64,000 nt of DNA from Oculina patagonica (lineage: Eukaryota), in assembly GCF_052425735.1 (NCBI RefSeq), contig NC_135762.1, positions 33,666,001-33,730,000 of the forward strand, read 5' to 3'. The translations under genes were made by a program, and so were the position numbers. The notes beneath the pieces are model-generated. The model saw nothing but the letters and a program-made list of their open reading frames with translations, did no database searches and was not told where the DNA came from. Shown one piece after another: positions 1 to 14,066 of this stretch (its first letter is position 1; each line of letters begins with the position of its first letter).

Positions 1-93
1 ACAATAAGAACGTACATGTATAAATGTGAGCAATTGTTCACCAAGGAGTGTCATTCAGTGACAGTAACTGGACATTTTCACATATCTTTGTAG

Positions 94-562
94 GAAACAT
101 CCCAAAGTGGTTAGTAAACAAGGCTTCAACAAAGATCGCTCCAAAGGTAAGCGTTTTTAAGTAATAACTGCATTGGAAAGAATGACTGCATGCCGGCAAA
201 CTGGGAACTCTAGAGACCAACATACCAATCAAAAGTTCATTGCACCCTCCCCCTTTGCCATTTTGATGATGTTTCAGGGGTAACAAATTTGTTAAAACAC
301 TCTATCTTTTGTACTTCTCACCTAGGTTATATTAAAAGTTCACAAGGCTGCTCTTGGGTACCAAGCATGGAAAGCTTTACACGCACCGAGCTATAAACCC
401 TGGATCTGGCCTGAGCAGAGCATTCTTCCAAAACTTCGCGCTGATGATGTGGAGTCTTTAAGCAGTGAGTCGCCCAGTGGATCAGACCAAGAACAGGAAG
501 TCATTGGCGACGAACCCAACGGTTACTCCAGTGATGACAATTTAGATGAAATAATGCTTTGA
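94..562 (+). CDS. STARD10: START-domain lipid transfer protein (STARD10/PCTP-like), last two coding exons (94-146, 326-562); 5' part lies outside the window
   Basis: AG/GT-bounded exons translate to G-NIPKWLVNKASTKIAPK|VILKVHKAALGYQAWKALHAPSYKPWIWPEQ...EIML*, matching the STARD10 C-terminal pattern PKWVVNK..APK..K..KA...Y..WK..H.P..KPW..PEQ followed by an acidic/Ser tail. Confidence 0.88.
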
Positions 563-2811
563 CACTATGTGTCAAGAAATTTCTAGTGAGAGAAATCGCT
601 GTGACTTTCATGCAGTGTTATTTTTGCTTAGTGGTGTAGATCTTAAAAGAAAATATTTGAAACAAAACTTCAAAGTTGTAAATGTGTAGCTAGAAAAAAA
701 GGATGCTTATTGGTAAGAATTATAATTAATATGTAGTTTGTATTGTGGTGTTAGTCTCACATAAGCCCATTTCAATCTTGCAAGAATGCAAGCAGTGTAC
801 ATTGTTTGGTATAAAATAATATATTGACTCCATTGCTTGGAGATTGAAGAGGTGTAGTTCTAAACTTGTGAGGGATTGTTCACTGTTTACTAGTTAGTGA
901 TAACCACTTATGGTTCTTAAGTTATTGCAATTAGTACGACATTTGCAGTCCTGCAGGCAGTACTGTGTGATATGCGTACTAAAAACTCAGTAATCAACTT
1001 AGAAGTTTCATTACAAGTAAGAAATGTAGTGTTCTAGAAGTAAAAAATTAAAATAATGCTTTTCAGACACTAGGATTTCATTCAGAGATGAAAAAAATTG
1101 CCTGGAACTTCCTTGTACAGCACAATAAACAGGACCAGATAAAAGGACTGTTCAGTAGTAACTTTTATTTTAATACCAGCCTGGGATTTTTTGGACCTAT
1201 TGACACAGTGAGGTAACTGGAACAGTTAAATTCTCATGACTAAATTTGCATTGTTTGATATCTGTGGTAGGATAGTAGATTGTGACTGTTCTTTGGGCTG
1301 GAAGGGTTACAATGTTATCAGTTCAAGAATCTTGGTATATCATTTAGTCACCATGGCAACTGCCATTTCCTTAACTGGCAACTAGTGTTAATGTAATGAA
1401 TAATTTTCAATTAAATGATGAACAATGTTAGTTGTGAAACTGACAGACAGTCAGAGAGTGTGATAAGTTCAAACATGATTTATTTATCGTTTTATCTTTG
1501 ATCCTTGGATAATTAAGTTATTCTTTACTTCATGTATGTACATAGTAATCTGTGTATAAGTTTCTGATCAGGTTTCCAGACAAATCAGTTAGGTAATGTT
1601 CTCTATTCTCACAGAAGTATATTCTACAGGGTGCAAGAAATTAATTGTTTGAATTTGATTAGCATATTCCATGTTCTTTTCAGTTAACAGTAACAGACCT
1701 TTTTTTGTTTTAGTTTTACATCGAAATTAGATAAAGCGACTTGAATTGGAAAATTATTTATTGTGATTCTGCTTGTAAAACAGTAATATTTGTGGTGACC
1801 AAAATTTCCTTTAAGGACACTGTTTGGCAACTGTGGGTCACTGGTAGGTTACTGAGAATAGGTGTTTGAACCAAGACATATTGACTAGGACACATGACTT
1901 TCTTGTGTCGTGTAAAATGTATTTACAATAACCAGATTATTGGTGATTACTAATAAGTGCAACTATTTAATATTTTTAATATATTTGCTAAATTTCCAAT
2001 TTGAGTAAGCTCCACTTTCTTTCCTACACTTTCTTTTGTGTTCTTTAATGATCTGTAATAAAAAAATGCTTTCAGCAGTTTGTGTCTTGTATTGCAAAGA
2101 TTCAATTATCGAGTTAAATGTGGAAAATTTTCCCCACTTGGATGGTTATGAAACCCTCAAGCCATCTTTTATTGAGCCTTTGGGTTGTGGTTCACTTTTA
2201 CCCTTAGTTCAATCTGGTATTTTCCTTTATTTTATATTTATTGTCATATATAACCATACAACAGAACAAGGGAAGTTCACCCAATTTGACCAAGGATAAA
2301 GAACCACAATAACATACTAACAAATCTTTCAGCCTGCTCTGGTATTCAAAAACTTCCACATCCCACCTCTCCCAGGCATACCCGCGGCATTTGACTTGTT
2401 AACATGCTCCCGACAGCAAATCATGGTGGATATTGAGAAGCTACAGTTGAAGTCTTTAGGTTCAATCATTTTCTACTGTGACCATGGCTGCAAAAGAAGG
2501 GCCTGCACAAGCTTTGTTCTGTGTTTAATTAAACATAAACATACTGTTTAGTTATAAAATAGATTTTTGCACATAAATCACACTCTGGAAAGAAATACAC
2601 TACTGTTCTGTTGCTCATTTTTCCCAATTTATGAATTATATCCTGGGGATAGAAGAATTTGATTGCCAAATGTGACCATCTACATGGGGCATTTGAACAC
2701 CATTTTTGGTCTGGGGAAAGGCAATTTGAACAACCAAAAGTTCAAAGGCATGATTAGTGTAGTCGAAAAACATCCTAACGAGACAAGTCACTGTTGATAT
2801 TTGTAAATATT

Positions 2812-3591
2812 CTACCAGATGTAAGGTATCAGTACAGCAGTGTTCTGGCGGTACTTTTGGTATTCTGTTAGATGCCCCCATCTCTTTAAACCTTGCCTCT
2901 CCAGGATTGGAATGCCGCTTACTCGTGTCAGCAAATAAGCCACAAACATGGGAGAGATCACACTCCAGTACTGACCACCAGACATGACTGAAGAAGCTGG
3001 CAGGAACAAGCTGGACCACATCAGAATCTCACCAAGATAGTTTGGATGTCGACAAAGACTCCACAGCCCAGATGAAATCCACTTGCCCTTGTTACCAGGA
3101 TCTGCACGGAACTGCGACTTCTGGTGATCGCCAAGTGACTCTAGTATAAACCCAGTAAGCCAAAGCGACCATCCCAGGTAATCCTTCAAAGTTAGCTTCT
3201 CATCTTTGGTAGATGTGTTCAATATTAGAGTAGGTAGCAGGGTCAACCACACCCAAACTCCTTGTAGAGTCCAGTAGATCCAGAATACACCAGGATTACC
3301 TCGGACCTTGTCGAAGCGACTATCCTTTCCATCATGTAGGACTCGCTTGAATAGGTGGAGTCCTAAACGAAGTCCCCACAGAGTAACACAGCCGGACTGA
3401 ATGAGTTGACGAAGGTGGAATCTCCTTCCCCATCGCAGCGTCTGCCATGTCAGCAGGATGAATGTTGAGGATCCAGCGAGATCGTAGAACTTTTCTGTTT
3501 GCAAAAAGGAGGCTACTAACCACAAACCCCACTGAATACCAAAGTCTAACACTGCAGCAGTGAAAAGAGGGCTAGATAATATCTTATCCAT
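2812..3591 (-). CDS. DUF1295 family (steroid 5-alpha-reductase-like) membrane oxidoreductase, copy A, intronless, 259 aa
   Basis: ATG at 3591 (MDKILSS...). Multiple TM segments and family motifs TEKFYDLAGS, WGLRLG, GKDSRFD, W..QGVW, D.QK..F, GLW..CRHPNYLGE, SGIP.LE. Confidence 0.9.
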   Translation of the reverse strand: MDKILSSPLFTAAVLDFGIQWGLWLVASFLQTEKFYDLAGSSTFILLTWQTLRWGRRFHLRQLIQSGCVTLWGLRLGLHLFKRVLHDGKDSRFDKVRGNPGVFWIYWTLQGVWVWLTLLPTLILNTSTKDEKLTLKDYLGWSLWLTGFILESLGDHQKSQFRADPGNKGKWISSGLWSLCRHPNYLGEILMWSSLFLPASSVMSGGQYWSVISPMFVAYLLTRVSGIPILERQGLKRWGHLTEYQKYRQNTAVLIPYIW

Positions 3592-3995
3592 GGCAAAAAC
3601 TAAACCACAAATGTCCACAAATCGATTGAGCTCGAAAATTGTGATTACGTAACTGACCCTTTACTGGCAAGTAACGCTTGTTTAGAGGGATACGCTGTGT
3701 AAAACCAAATAAAGTGTCTCAAAATTTTGCGATTAGTGATTTTGGAAGAAAACGATCAGTGCTTTGTTCTGTCTCATTTTTGCTTAAAATATAAAGGTAA
3801 CGGAGCAACCTCAAATCAGTCTGATAAAATAATGGGTTAAAAAGTGAAAATATATATTAGCGTTACATTTCAAACTGCACACTTGACGTAAAACTAATTA
3901 TCGCGGGCTCAAGCAACTTCACACAACGTCACGCGATCTTACCCGGCCGAGCCGATAAGCGGAGCAAAAGGTTATTATTTTCCAAGCTTTACACA
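3592..3995. promoter_or_regulatory. Probable bidirectional promoter between the two DUF1295 genes
   Basis: About 400 bp between divergent ATGs; CRE-like TGACGT/ACGTCA half-sites near 3884 and 3927 and a short GC-rich patch around 3940-3962. Confidence 0.5.
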
Positions 3996-4787
3996 ATGGG
4001 TAATGTTCTGTCTGGCGTCCCAAGAAAACCTTTGTTAGCTGCAGCAGCATTAGATTTTGGCATTCAGTGGGCTCTCTGGGCCGTTGCGTCCATTTTACAG
4101 ACAGAAAAATTCTACGACTTGGCTGGGTCGTCCACGTTTATCTTTCTCACATTGCAATCACTTCGATGGCAGAGGAAAGTTAATCTGCGTCAACTTGTTC
4201 AGTCTGGCTGCGTTACAGTCTGGGCACTTCGCTTGGGGTTGTTTCTTTTCCACCGGGTCATCCATGAGGGGAAGGATAGCCGCTTCGACAAGGTCCGCGG
4301 GAATCCCCGTTTGTTCTGGATCTACTGGACAATGCAAGGCGTTTGGGTGTTGGTGACACTGCTACCTACTCTAATATTGAACACATCTACCAAAGATGAG
4401 AAGCTAACCTGGAAAGATTACCTGGGATGGTCGCTTTGGCTAATTGGGTTCATACTTGAGTCAGTTGCAGATCGACAGAAGTCGCAGTTCCGTGCGGATC
4501 CCACGAACAAGGGCAAGTGGATTTCATCTGGGCTGTGGAGTCTTTGTCGGTATCCAAACTACCTTGGTGAGATTCTGATGTGGTCCAGCTTGTTCCTACC
4601 AGCTTCTTCAGTCATGTCTGGTGGTCAATACTGGAGTGTGATCTCTCCCATGTTTGTGGCCTATTTGCTGACACGAGTGAGCGGCATTCCAATCCAGGAG
4701 AGGCAAGGTTTAAAGAGATGGGGGCATCTAACAGAATACCAAAAGTACCGTCAAAACACAGCCACGCTGATACCTTACATCTGGTAG
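3996..4787 (+). CDS. DUF1295 family membrane oxidoreductase, copy B, intronless, 263 aa
   Basis: Complete ORF with the same motifs as copy A; inverted (head-to-head) paralogue. Confidence 0.9.
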   Translation: MGNVLSGVPRKPLLAAAALDFGIQWALWAVASILQTEKFYDLAGSSTFIFLTLQSLRWQRKVNLRQLVQSGCVTVWALRLGLFLFHRVIHEGKDSRFDKVRGNPRLFWIYWTMQGVWVLVTLLPTLILNTSTKDEKLTWKDYLGWSLWLIGFILESVADRQKSQFRADPTNKGKWISSGLWSLCRYPNYLGEILMWSSLFLPASSVMSGGQYWSVISPMFVAYLLTRVSGIPIQERQGLKRWGHLTEYQKYRQNTATLIPYIW

Positions 4788-5927
4788 AAAATTCACAGAT
4801 ACCAACAGTCAATTAACAATGCACTTTGTAACATGCCTTTCTATAAAGTTATTGAACCTGGACGATATTTTCCCAATCCCATGTTTGATCTGTCCAGTTA
4901 TTTTTTTCACTTATAGTTATATAAATTAGACGGAAGTCGGGTTTTCGTTGTTGGGGGGGGGGCGGTTTTTTTTACCCTGAAAAAGGGTATGAAATTATGG
5001 CTATGTAATGTGTACTCTAATTGGTCAGCTAATATTTCATTGTTAAAATACGTCCAGAAACATTATACTACTAACAGTTTTACACTTTATTTTGAGTCCA
5101 ACAAAAAATAGTCCATAAGCAGGCTGCTTAGTTGGGCACAATAAAAATGATGAGTGGAGCTAGCCATGAGTTCTCCCCTAGGAGATCTTCCTCCACAAAC
5201 TGTCCTCAGCTTGCTCAGCGCACCTATTTTTCCCCTTTCTTTTGTGCTTTATTTCCCACTAGGAAGCCTGTTCACAGGATATACGATAAAAAGACTTAGT
5301 ATTGTGCATGAGACTGAATTGTTATATGCAAACAATTCAGGGGATCACAAAAGAATAAAAGTCTGAAAAATTAACCTTTAATTTGTCTGTAAACAAAGTT
5401 CCCTGTCATCCCTTCCAGCTGCTAAAGCTCACTTACTTGCATCTTTTAGACGGGTAGTGGATTGAGGGGGTTAAGGGGTTTATATCTTCGTCTCCCCTAC
5501 TTTCATCCCCTCCACATCCCTGAGTCAACCCATCCTACCAAGTGGAGCGAAGAAAGGAGGTATGGAGCTGAGGTAACTGCTGGCAGGTAGAGAAACGGGA
5601 AATAAACATTGGCAGGAGAGCGTAAGTTAGGGGGCTAATAATAGCTGTTATTACAGTTCTCTTTGGATTGACATACAAGCAAGGAGAAAGGACCGTCATT
5701 CTGCATTGTTTTAACTGATGTGTGGCCTCGTTCGCATACCTCTGCATACCGAATACATTATCACAGGCTCAACTGTACTGATAACAGCTAAGTTGTTTTG
5801 GATTACCAGTGCTAACCGTAGGAGGGGCCCAATATTAATTTGGGATTATTTAATAAATTCAGAAGGGTAAAGAAAGAAGAAGGAACAACAAGGCTTTCAC
5901 TGTTAACATGTTTACTTAGTGTCTCCT

Positions 5928-6117
5928 CATCCTCGGAGACCCAGGGGCAGTGAGTGGGGCGAAACGAAGGAAAACCGAGCAGAAATCGTAGCGACGAAAG
6001 TTTTCAAGAATGGCACGAAGTGCACTTCGTGCCGTTCTTGAAAACTTTCGTCGGTACGATTTCTGCCTGGTTTTCCTTCGTTTCGCCCCACTAACTGCCC
6101 CTGGGTCTCCGAGGATG
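5928..6117. mobile_element. 190-bp fold-back MITE with 9-bp target-site duplication
   Basis: CATCCTCGGAGACCCAGGGGCAG...CTGCCCCTGGGTCTCCGAGGATG; almost the whole element is self-complementary around ~6022; GTGTCTCCT flanks both ends (5919-5927, 6118-6126). Confidence 0.92.
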
Positions 6118-6216
6118 GTGTCTCCTGGGCAAGTATTCATAAAAAAAGCTGCAGTCTTTGGGTTTGTGACACTCAACAATAAATCCAGAATTCAACATTG
6201 GTTTACCACAAATTAA

Positions 6217-6823
6217 AGTGCCTATGAAGTAAAAAATAATTGCTGTTTTTTTAAAGGCTTTTCAAAGTCAAGAAGATGGCGTTTTCCTTTGCATTCTTCG
6301 TTTTAGAGATTTTACGTATGCAATGAGGGATGACGCATTAATTGTTCCACAAAAAGATGAAGGAATCAAGAATTCTCTTGGATTTGAGCTTTCCAACTGC
6401 ACGATACACCACAAAAGACAAATGACACCTCTGCCGTGCCAGCCGTGCTCAATCCTTTATACTGATATCCCCAGTTGCTAATCAAAGATGCTCCACACCA
6501 CAAGAAGAGAAGAGTTAGGGTAATAGGGATATGTGTGTTCCAAGCTGACCCTCTGTCCCACTTTAAAGGGGAGAATTTTGGTTTATGTAGAAGAGCCTGG
6601 AACCAAAGTGTTGCCAGACGTATGAGCCCACCGGAAGGCACCGATCCAAGTCACTTTTTTAGAGATTCGATTTTCACAGTAGAACAATATGACGTCATCA
6701 CTTTCCCATGCATAACAAAAGTGAAATCTCCAAACGAAAGAAGATATTAAACGGTAACGCCATTCTTCTTATTTGTAAAAGTCTTTCAAATGAGCATTAA
6801 TTAATTTTTACTTCATAGGCACT
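6217..6823. mobile_element. Non-autonomous Kolobok-type DNA transposon
   Basis: TTAA|AGTGCCTATGAAGTAAAAA...TTTTTACTTCATAGGCACT|TTAA: TTAA TSD with AG...CT termini and long imperfect TIRs. Confidence 0.8.
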
Positions 6824-7019
6824 TTAAACTGTTAAAACCTTTAATTACAATTTTTACTATACATCCAAAATTCATTTCCAACAATCCAAACACCTACAGA
6901 GATAGGAGATAAGGTGGCAGTTTGCCAGTTGGTGTTATGAAGAGAAATTTAAACAGCATCAAAACACATTTCTTTCTGCCATATCTGATCGTCGCACACT
7001 CCTCTTTGGCAGAATAAAT

Positions 7020-8526
7020 TCAAGGTGCTCCTGACGTTACAAGTTTCTCCATGGCCTGAAGGACTCCATCACCATTCATGTTGTTAAGTTGTACAGAACT
7101 TTCTTTTCCATGATCTGAAAGGAATGAAAAAAGTTGCCATAAGCAGCTGAAAGCAAATGCACACCAGTTTCAGTAAAACTGAATCACTCGCTTTCTGTGG
7201 AAAAATGGTACATGCAAGTTATACCGAAAATAGGGCTGCAGCGTGAGACTATCATTCCCAAACCCAAAATTTTTAATAAAATAGAATCATTTTATCTGGC
7301 GACACAGAAGACACAAGATATGTGAAAATTAAAAGATACATGTAAGTGAAAATATTTATTTTGTGTGATTTCTTCCATAATGATAAATCATTTAGAATTA
7401 TATCATTCCCTAGCAAAACCCGTGAAGTACTAGATGAGGTACAAATCAGTCTGCAAGGAGATGTGTATGTTTGTTCCTTTATTATGGGCAGATTTTAACT
7501 CTTACCATATCGAGCATACATCTTTGGTTGAATTCCACTGCATTCTCGAACCAAGATAGGAATTTTAGGGTTCTCTTTCTTGATGCCAATGTAATATTTC
7601 TCCAAAAAGTCCCTGAGAAGAAAATCAACAAATATATAGTCACACCTTGCATTACAGCAGAAATGCTGTATGAAACCAAGGCAAGGCTGTGCTCTAAGAA
7701 AAATTACAAGGAGCCCAGAGGTTCCAAACTATGAGATCTAGGGTGCCCAGCATAGAGCTTATATGAAAGAAATAAGATTATCTAGTCGCCCAAAGACAAA
7801 AGTTAGTCGCCTGAGGCACCCGGGCACCCTTAGAGCACAGCCCTGCAAGGCAGACACTCTTTTTTCACCCTTCAATGGCACCTGCACTACCCGCAGCTTG
7901 CATCTTCACTGCTCTTTTATAGCACTCACATGCTTTTGAATTTCATCCCCACAGATTTGAGAGCAAAAGAGAGACTGTTTGACACAACTACTCTGAGGCT
8001 TTTGACACAAGTGAATGTAAACAAGAAGCAGCTGTTTCCTATTTCTTTTGTTAAATAAATCCAACAAAATGGCAATAAATTTTGATATGACACAACTGTG
8101 TTAAACAACTGCACAGCCAATCAAGGCATGCATTGTGTGATCAAAATTTTATAGGACAAATTACTCACCCTGCTTTTAGATGGTTTGATTTTGTAATCTA
8201 ACATTAGTCGATGATTTTGACTTTTTTAGCACCATTTTACAGACTCGTTGCTGCTGTGGTGTCATTTTATGCTTGCCTTGACTGATAAGTTCAAGTGAAA
8301 AAATATATTTGATGTCAAGGCTCAGTTTAATACTGTTAGTCGCATTTCACATCACAAAAAACACGGTACGAAGTGATCCAAGCATAGAACACTAGCAACA
8401 TAAATAACGTTTAATTGATTTTGTAATCAATTACCTTGCGCCTTGACTACTTTGAGACTTCTGACACAAGTGAATACGGATTTCTCTCACATATTTACCA
8501 AGGTTTGAACGCCACGCAGCCGCCAT
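7020..8526 (-). CDS. NDUFA2: NADH dehydrogenase (ubiquinone) 1 alpha subcomplex subunit 2; exons 8435-8526, 7506-7612, 7020-7114; 97 aa
   Basis: Spliced translation [31 protein letters not shown]|[35 protein letters not shown]|[31 protein letters not shown]; GT-AG introns with consistent phases; YY1-type CAAGATGGCGGC at the start codon. Confidence 0.95.
7682..7845. mobile_element. Short MITE in NDUFA2 intron 1
   Basis: TIR CAAGGCTGTGCTCTAAG...CTTAGAGCACAGCCCTG; CAAGG present on both flanks. Confidence 0.6.
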
Positions 8527-10589
8527 CTTGATTTTCCAACCTAGTACCCAGTTCTCCACGGTTTGCTGGGATGGACCTCGTTCCCGGCCAGGAAAAGGGC
8601 AGGGCTTGCTCCCAGAAAATAATACGCTATCTGCTTAAAATCACGGGTTAAACATAACCAAATACCTTTTTGCCAAGTAACTCAGTTGGAGAAAGCGAAT
8701 AAAAGCAATAGGACGAGATGCAACCCCACTTTGACTGCCCACCTGCGGTGTTGTAACAATCATGGCGAAAAAGAGATCAAGTTATCGAATTATTCTTTCA
8801 GAACAGAGTCCTTTCCTTGAAAAGCTCCTAAACAGTGGCAAAAAGAGAAATCGCAAAGTTGCCTCCGATGGCAGGGAGACCCCTAGGGGGAGGGGGGAGG
8901 AGAGCCAACTTTTTTCTATGGGCGCGTAAGTAGGGACAACTTTCTTCATGCAAACGTTCGGTAAAAGATGGCTCGGTGGTAGAGTAACTCTCCCACCAGG
9001 GACAACGTTTCTTTATATAAAATACCCCAAGAATCAAACGTCTCCCCCCCCCTCCTTATTTTCATTTATCCTTAAAAATTTTTTCCTGGTTTCGCTGTTT
9101 TGTTTTCTATTAGTGAAGAAAAAAACGTCTGCATAACTGAAATGTTACGCGGTTTTTACGGATTATCAGTAGATTAAAAAAACACGTAGCACATGTCTTT
9201 AAAGTCCTAACATAACGTATCATCCTGACCCAGCCTGACCTTAACACCTTTCTGATTTTCGCCGTTTAAACGGACTGTTCTTACGACATCCGGTTGGTAG
9301 AAAAATAAGGGAAGTTCTGGATGGAAAAAATATCTTTAGTTGAAGCCACCAGATCAAAACAACGGAAATCACTTCTATGAAATTAAACTATCAGGCAGAT
9401 TCTAGCAAAAAAATACTTCACTTTTGGAGTCCTACATTTCTCTGTAAGCCATTTTCCAACTTACGGCCTTAGCGGTTGTTATTGTTGTTGTTGAAACTCC
9501 TATACGTTAACTAGTTTTATCATAAAAACTCTAAAAGTAGAAACAATTAATAAGAAAAAAGCAACTGAAAACTGTAGAATATACTGAAACAAAGTAACAT
9601 GTTTTTTGGTTCGATGCAACATAGTAAACAGTAGTAAACAAACTTTCAGAAAGAATTTGCTGGTGTGTACACGCCCTAAACCACAAGCGGGAAATTCTTG
9701 ATTTGTCGATAAATGTAGTGAGGCAGGGTCGTGCGGTAAATTAAATTATCTGTACCAGAAGTATAAACTTCTGTCCGTTCTGATTGTCATCTAGCCTGGA
9801 AACTTGTGGGAATGTTAGCTATAGCCTGTTGCATCGACTTATTCATTAAAGTAACATTGCAAAGCTTCGCTGTTACTTCTGACGAGTTTCTGTTTGCCAA
9901 GGTCGGACTATTTGGATACTTATATTTTAGTTGTTATTTTCTATTTTACGTCTTGACTCAAACTGAACAGAGCTGAATCGAGCTCTGGCAGAAGTTTGGT
10001 GTGTATTCCACCAGCGGATATCGTTAAGAAGTATGATCTTCTGATACAGCTTATAAGATTTTATCTGCACTTAGCCGTTAATTCTGTTAATTTAGAGCAG
10101 CGAAAAGCCTGATTTTAAGGATCTTTAAGGTAAAAAACATTTGACGTTTGACTGGGTTGCCCCCTATAATAGTTGCATAAATCAATCGATAGCCAAACAG
10201 CAGCGGGCCATGCCCTTGTGCTCACATATTCGGACACGCATTTTAATAATTACAATTTTTAAGCCTGTTAGGTCATGAAATTTAGTGCTTGTTCGTGTCC
10301 CACAGAAATAAGCATTAGTTAAAAGAAATTGGTGATTGCTAGTCGTTTGAGTGGTAAAAAATAAGGGCGATTTCTTTGAAATTTAGATAACAAGGCTAAA
10401 CGCAAACGGTTATCAAACAGTAATTACTGCCCCCACAACATAACTACGCCCACACCTTCGCCTTCGAAATTCCATGAAAAATATGATGATGCTCCAAATA
10501 CCACAAATCGTATAGCGTTGAACCTTCTCTATAAACCACATACAAAAGAAACATGTACATTGGCTCTTCCCAGAGACGAACGATCCGAG

Positions 10590-10975
10590 CAAAAGCTCCA
10601 TGTTGGTGCACAGTGCCATTCAAGTCAGTTTTTACTGACGAGAAAAATAGAGATTGAAAACACCAGGGCTTTGTGGGGTGTAAAAATTTATGCTCTCCTG
10701 TGAAATTGGATTAAAAATATAGTTCAAATGATATCATTCCCGTAGAGGATGTGGTGTTATAAAAAGAGGGAAGCCCGAAAACACACTGGGTTTTTTGCGG
10801 TGTATAAATGCTGCTCTCCAGTGAAATTGGATTAAATAATTTGAGTATTAACATCCTTATAAGCTCTTGTGGAGGCACTGTGTTACAGGAAAAAAGCCCG
10901 AACTGAATACACCACCTGGGACTAGCTTCGTAGCGGTGTAAACTTTTGCTCTCCAATAAAATTGGATTAATATAA
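10590..10975. repeat. Degenerate three-copy tandem repeat, unit about 120-135 bp
   Basis: TGCTCTCC(A/T)(G/A)T(G/A)AAATTGGATTAA recurs at ~10691, ~10812 and ~10947, each preceded by AA.ACAC...GG...GGTGTA. Confidence 0.65.
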
Positions 10976-12111
10976 GCGTATACATTTGTAGACTGAAAAG
11001 AAAAGAGGTACACCAAATTTTATGTGGTGAAAACTCTAGCGGATCTTTTTTGCAATCGAAAATTAAGCGAAGTTGACGCTTTTATGATGTGTAGCACGAA
11101 TTTTTTGAGTTGAATTTTAAAATAGAGGAGGGATTGATTTATAAGTTCGTGCTTCCATGAAAAGCTACCACTGTCTTTTTTCAGAATAATATTTATCAGA
11201 TTAAGATAAAACTGAAGAAAGCAGAACCTCTTACTGTTATAACTGAGGCTGATAAAGCATGAATATTTTGGTTTCAAGCCAATAGATTGTTGATGACGAG
11301 GGGTTTGCTGCCAGAATTTTAGGCATGCAAAACAACGCACGTACACTTTCACCGAATGGAAAAATATCGTGATTAAAACTGAGAATTGAGTTATTTCAAG
11401 AGAGGATACCTTATCCTCTCTTGGTTATTTTCCTTGCGGCAAAAATATCAAGTTGCCGTTTTTGCCGTAATCTACAACATTTGATTGTTTTCCTCTTTTA
11501 ATTTCCTCGTGTGTCATATTAATTACAGGCCAGCTTTGTTTCTTTCAACGATAAGGTCTCATCGACATGTAAGGATACACGATACAGTCGCATGCGAATT
11601 AAATTGAATTAAATGTTCAACAAAATATAACTTAGCTTATAGGCTTAAATAAGAAGCAATGGGCTTAAACAGTTAAAGGAAAAAGAGTTGCAAGTCACAG
11701 CGGAAAAGCAGTGATATTGAAAAGTAACTAAAAATAAAAGCCATGCAATATAACAACTTATCACGCCAAACAGCGTAAAGGTCAGTATTTGTATTTATTA
11801 AGGTCAGTTTTGTACGTGGTTTACAGTTCTCAGAAGGTATCCACAATGTTTGTCTTGAAGCAAAGATTTCATCATTAAATAATGGGTTTAGAGTTCAAAG
11901 TAATTAGCGCTTGATTCGCCAAAAATAGCGATAGCCATCCTCTTGATCAACGCCCACGGAAATGAAAAAATACGCCTTTGATCGCAAGATTTGATTGGCT
12001 GGTTAAAATGACGCTTGATGCCAGAAATACACAGTTCTTGCAACTATTTAAGAACTTTCACAACTTTTGCTTGCCACAGAGAACTCAACGTTCAGCAGTA
12101 AAGTTGCCAAG

Positions 12112-14066
<1,955 letters not shown>

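Noticed and set aside
5916-6216. Two mirror-image ORFs (87 aa and 68 aa) with identical peptides
   Set aside because: Artefact of the palindromic MITE.
8762-8925. ATG-initiated basic ORF with a GTAAGT donor, divergent from NDUFA2, as a coding first exon of the kinase
   Set aside because: It ends in phase 2, whereas the candidate acceptors before the kinase ATG (~12080-12082) need phase 1 or 0; at most a UTR exon.
10590-10975. CRISPR-like repeat-spacer array
   Set aside because: Eukaryotic context, only three degenerate units, the spacers are mutually similar, and no cas genes are present.
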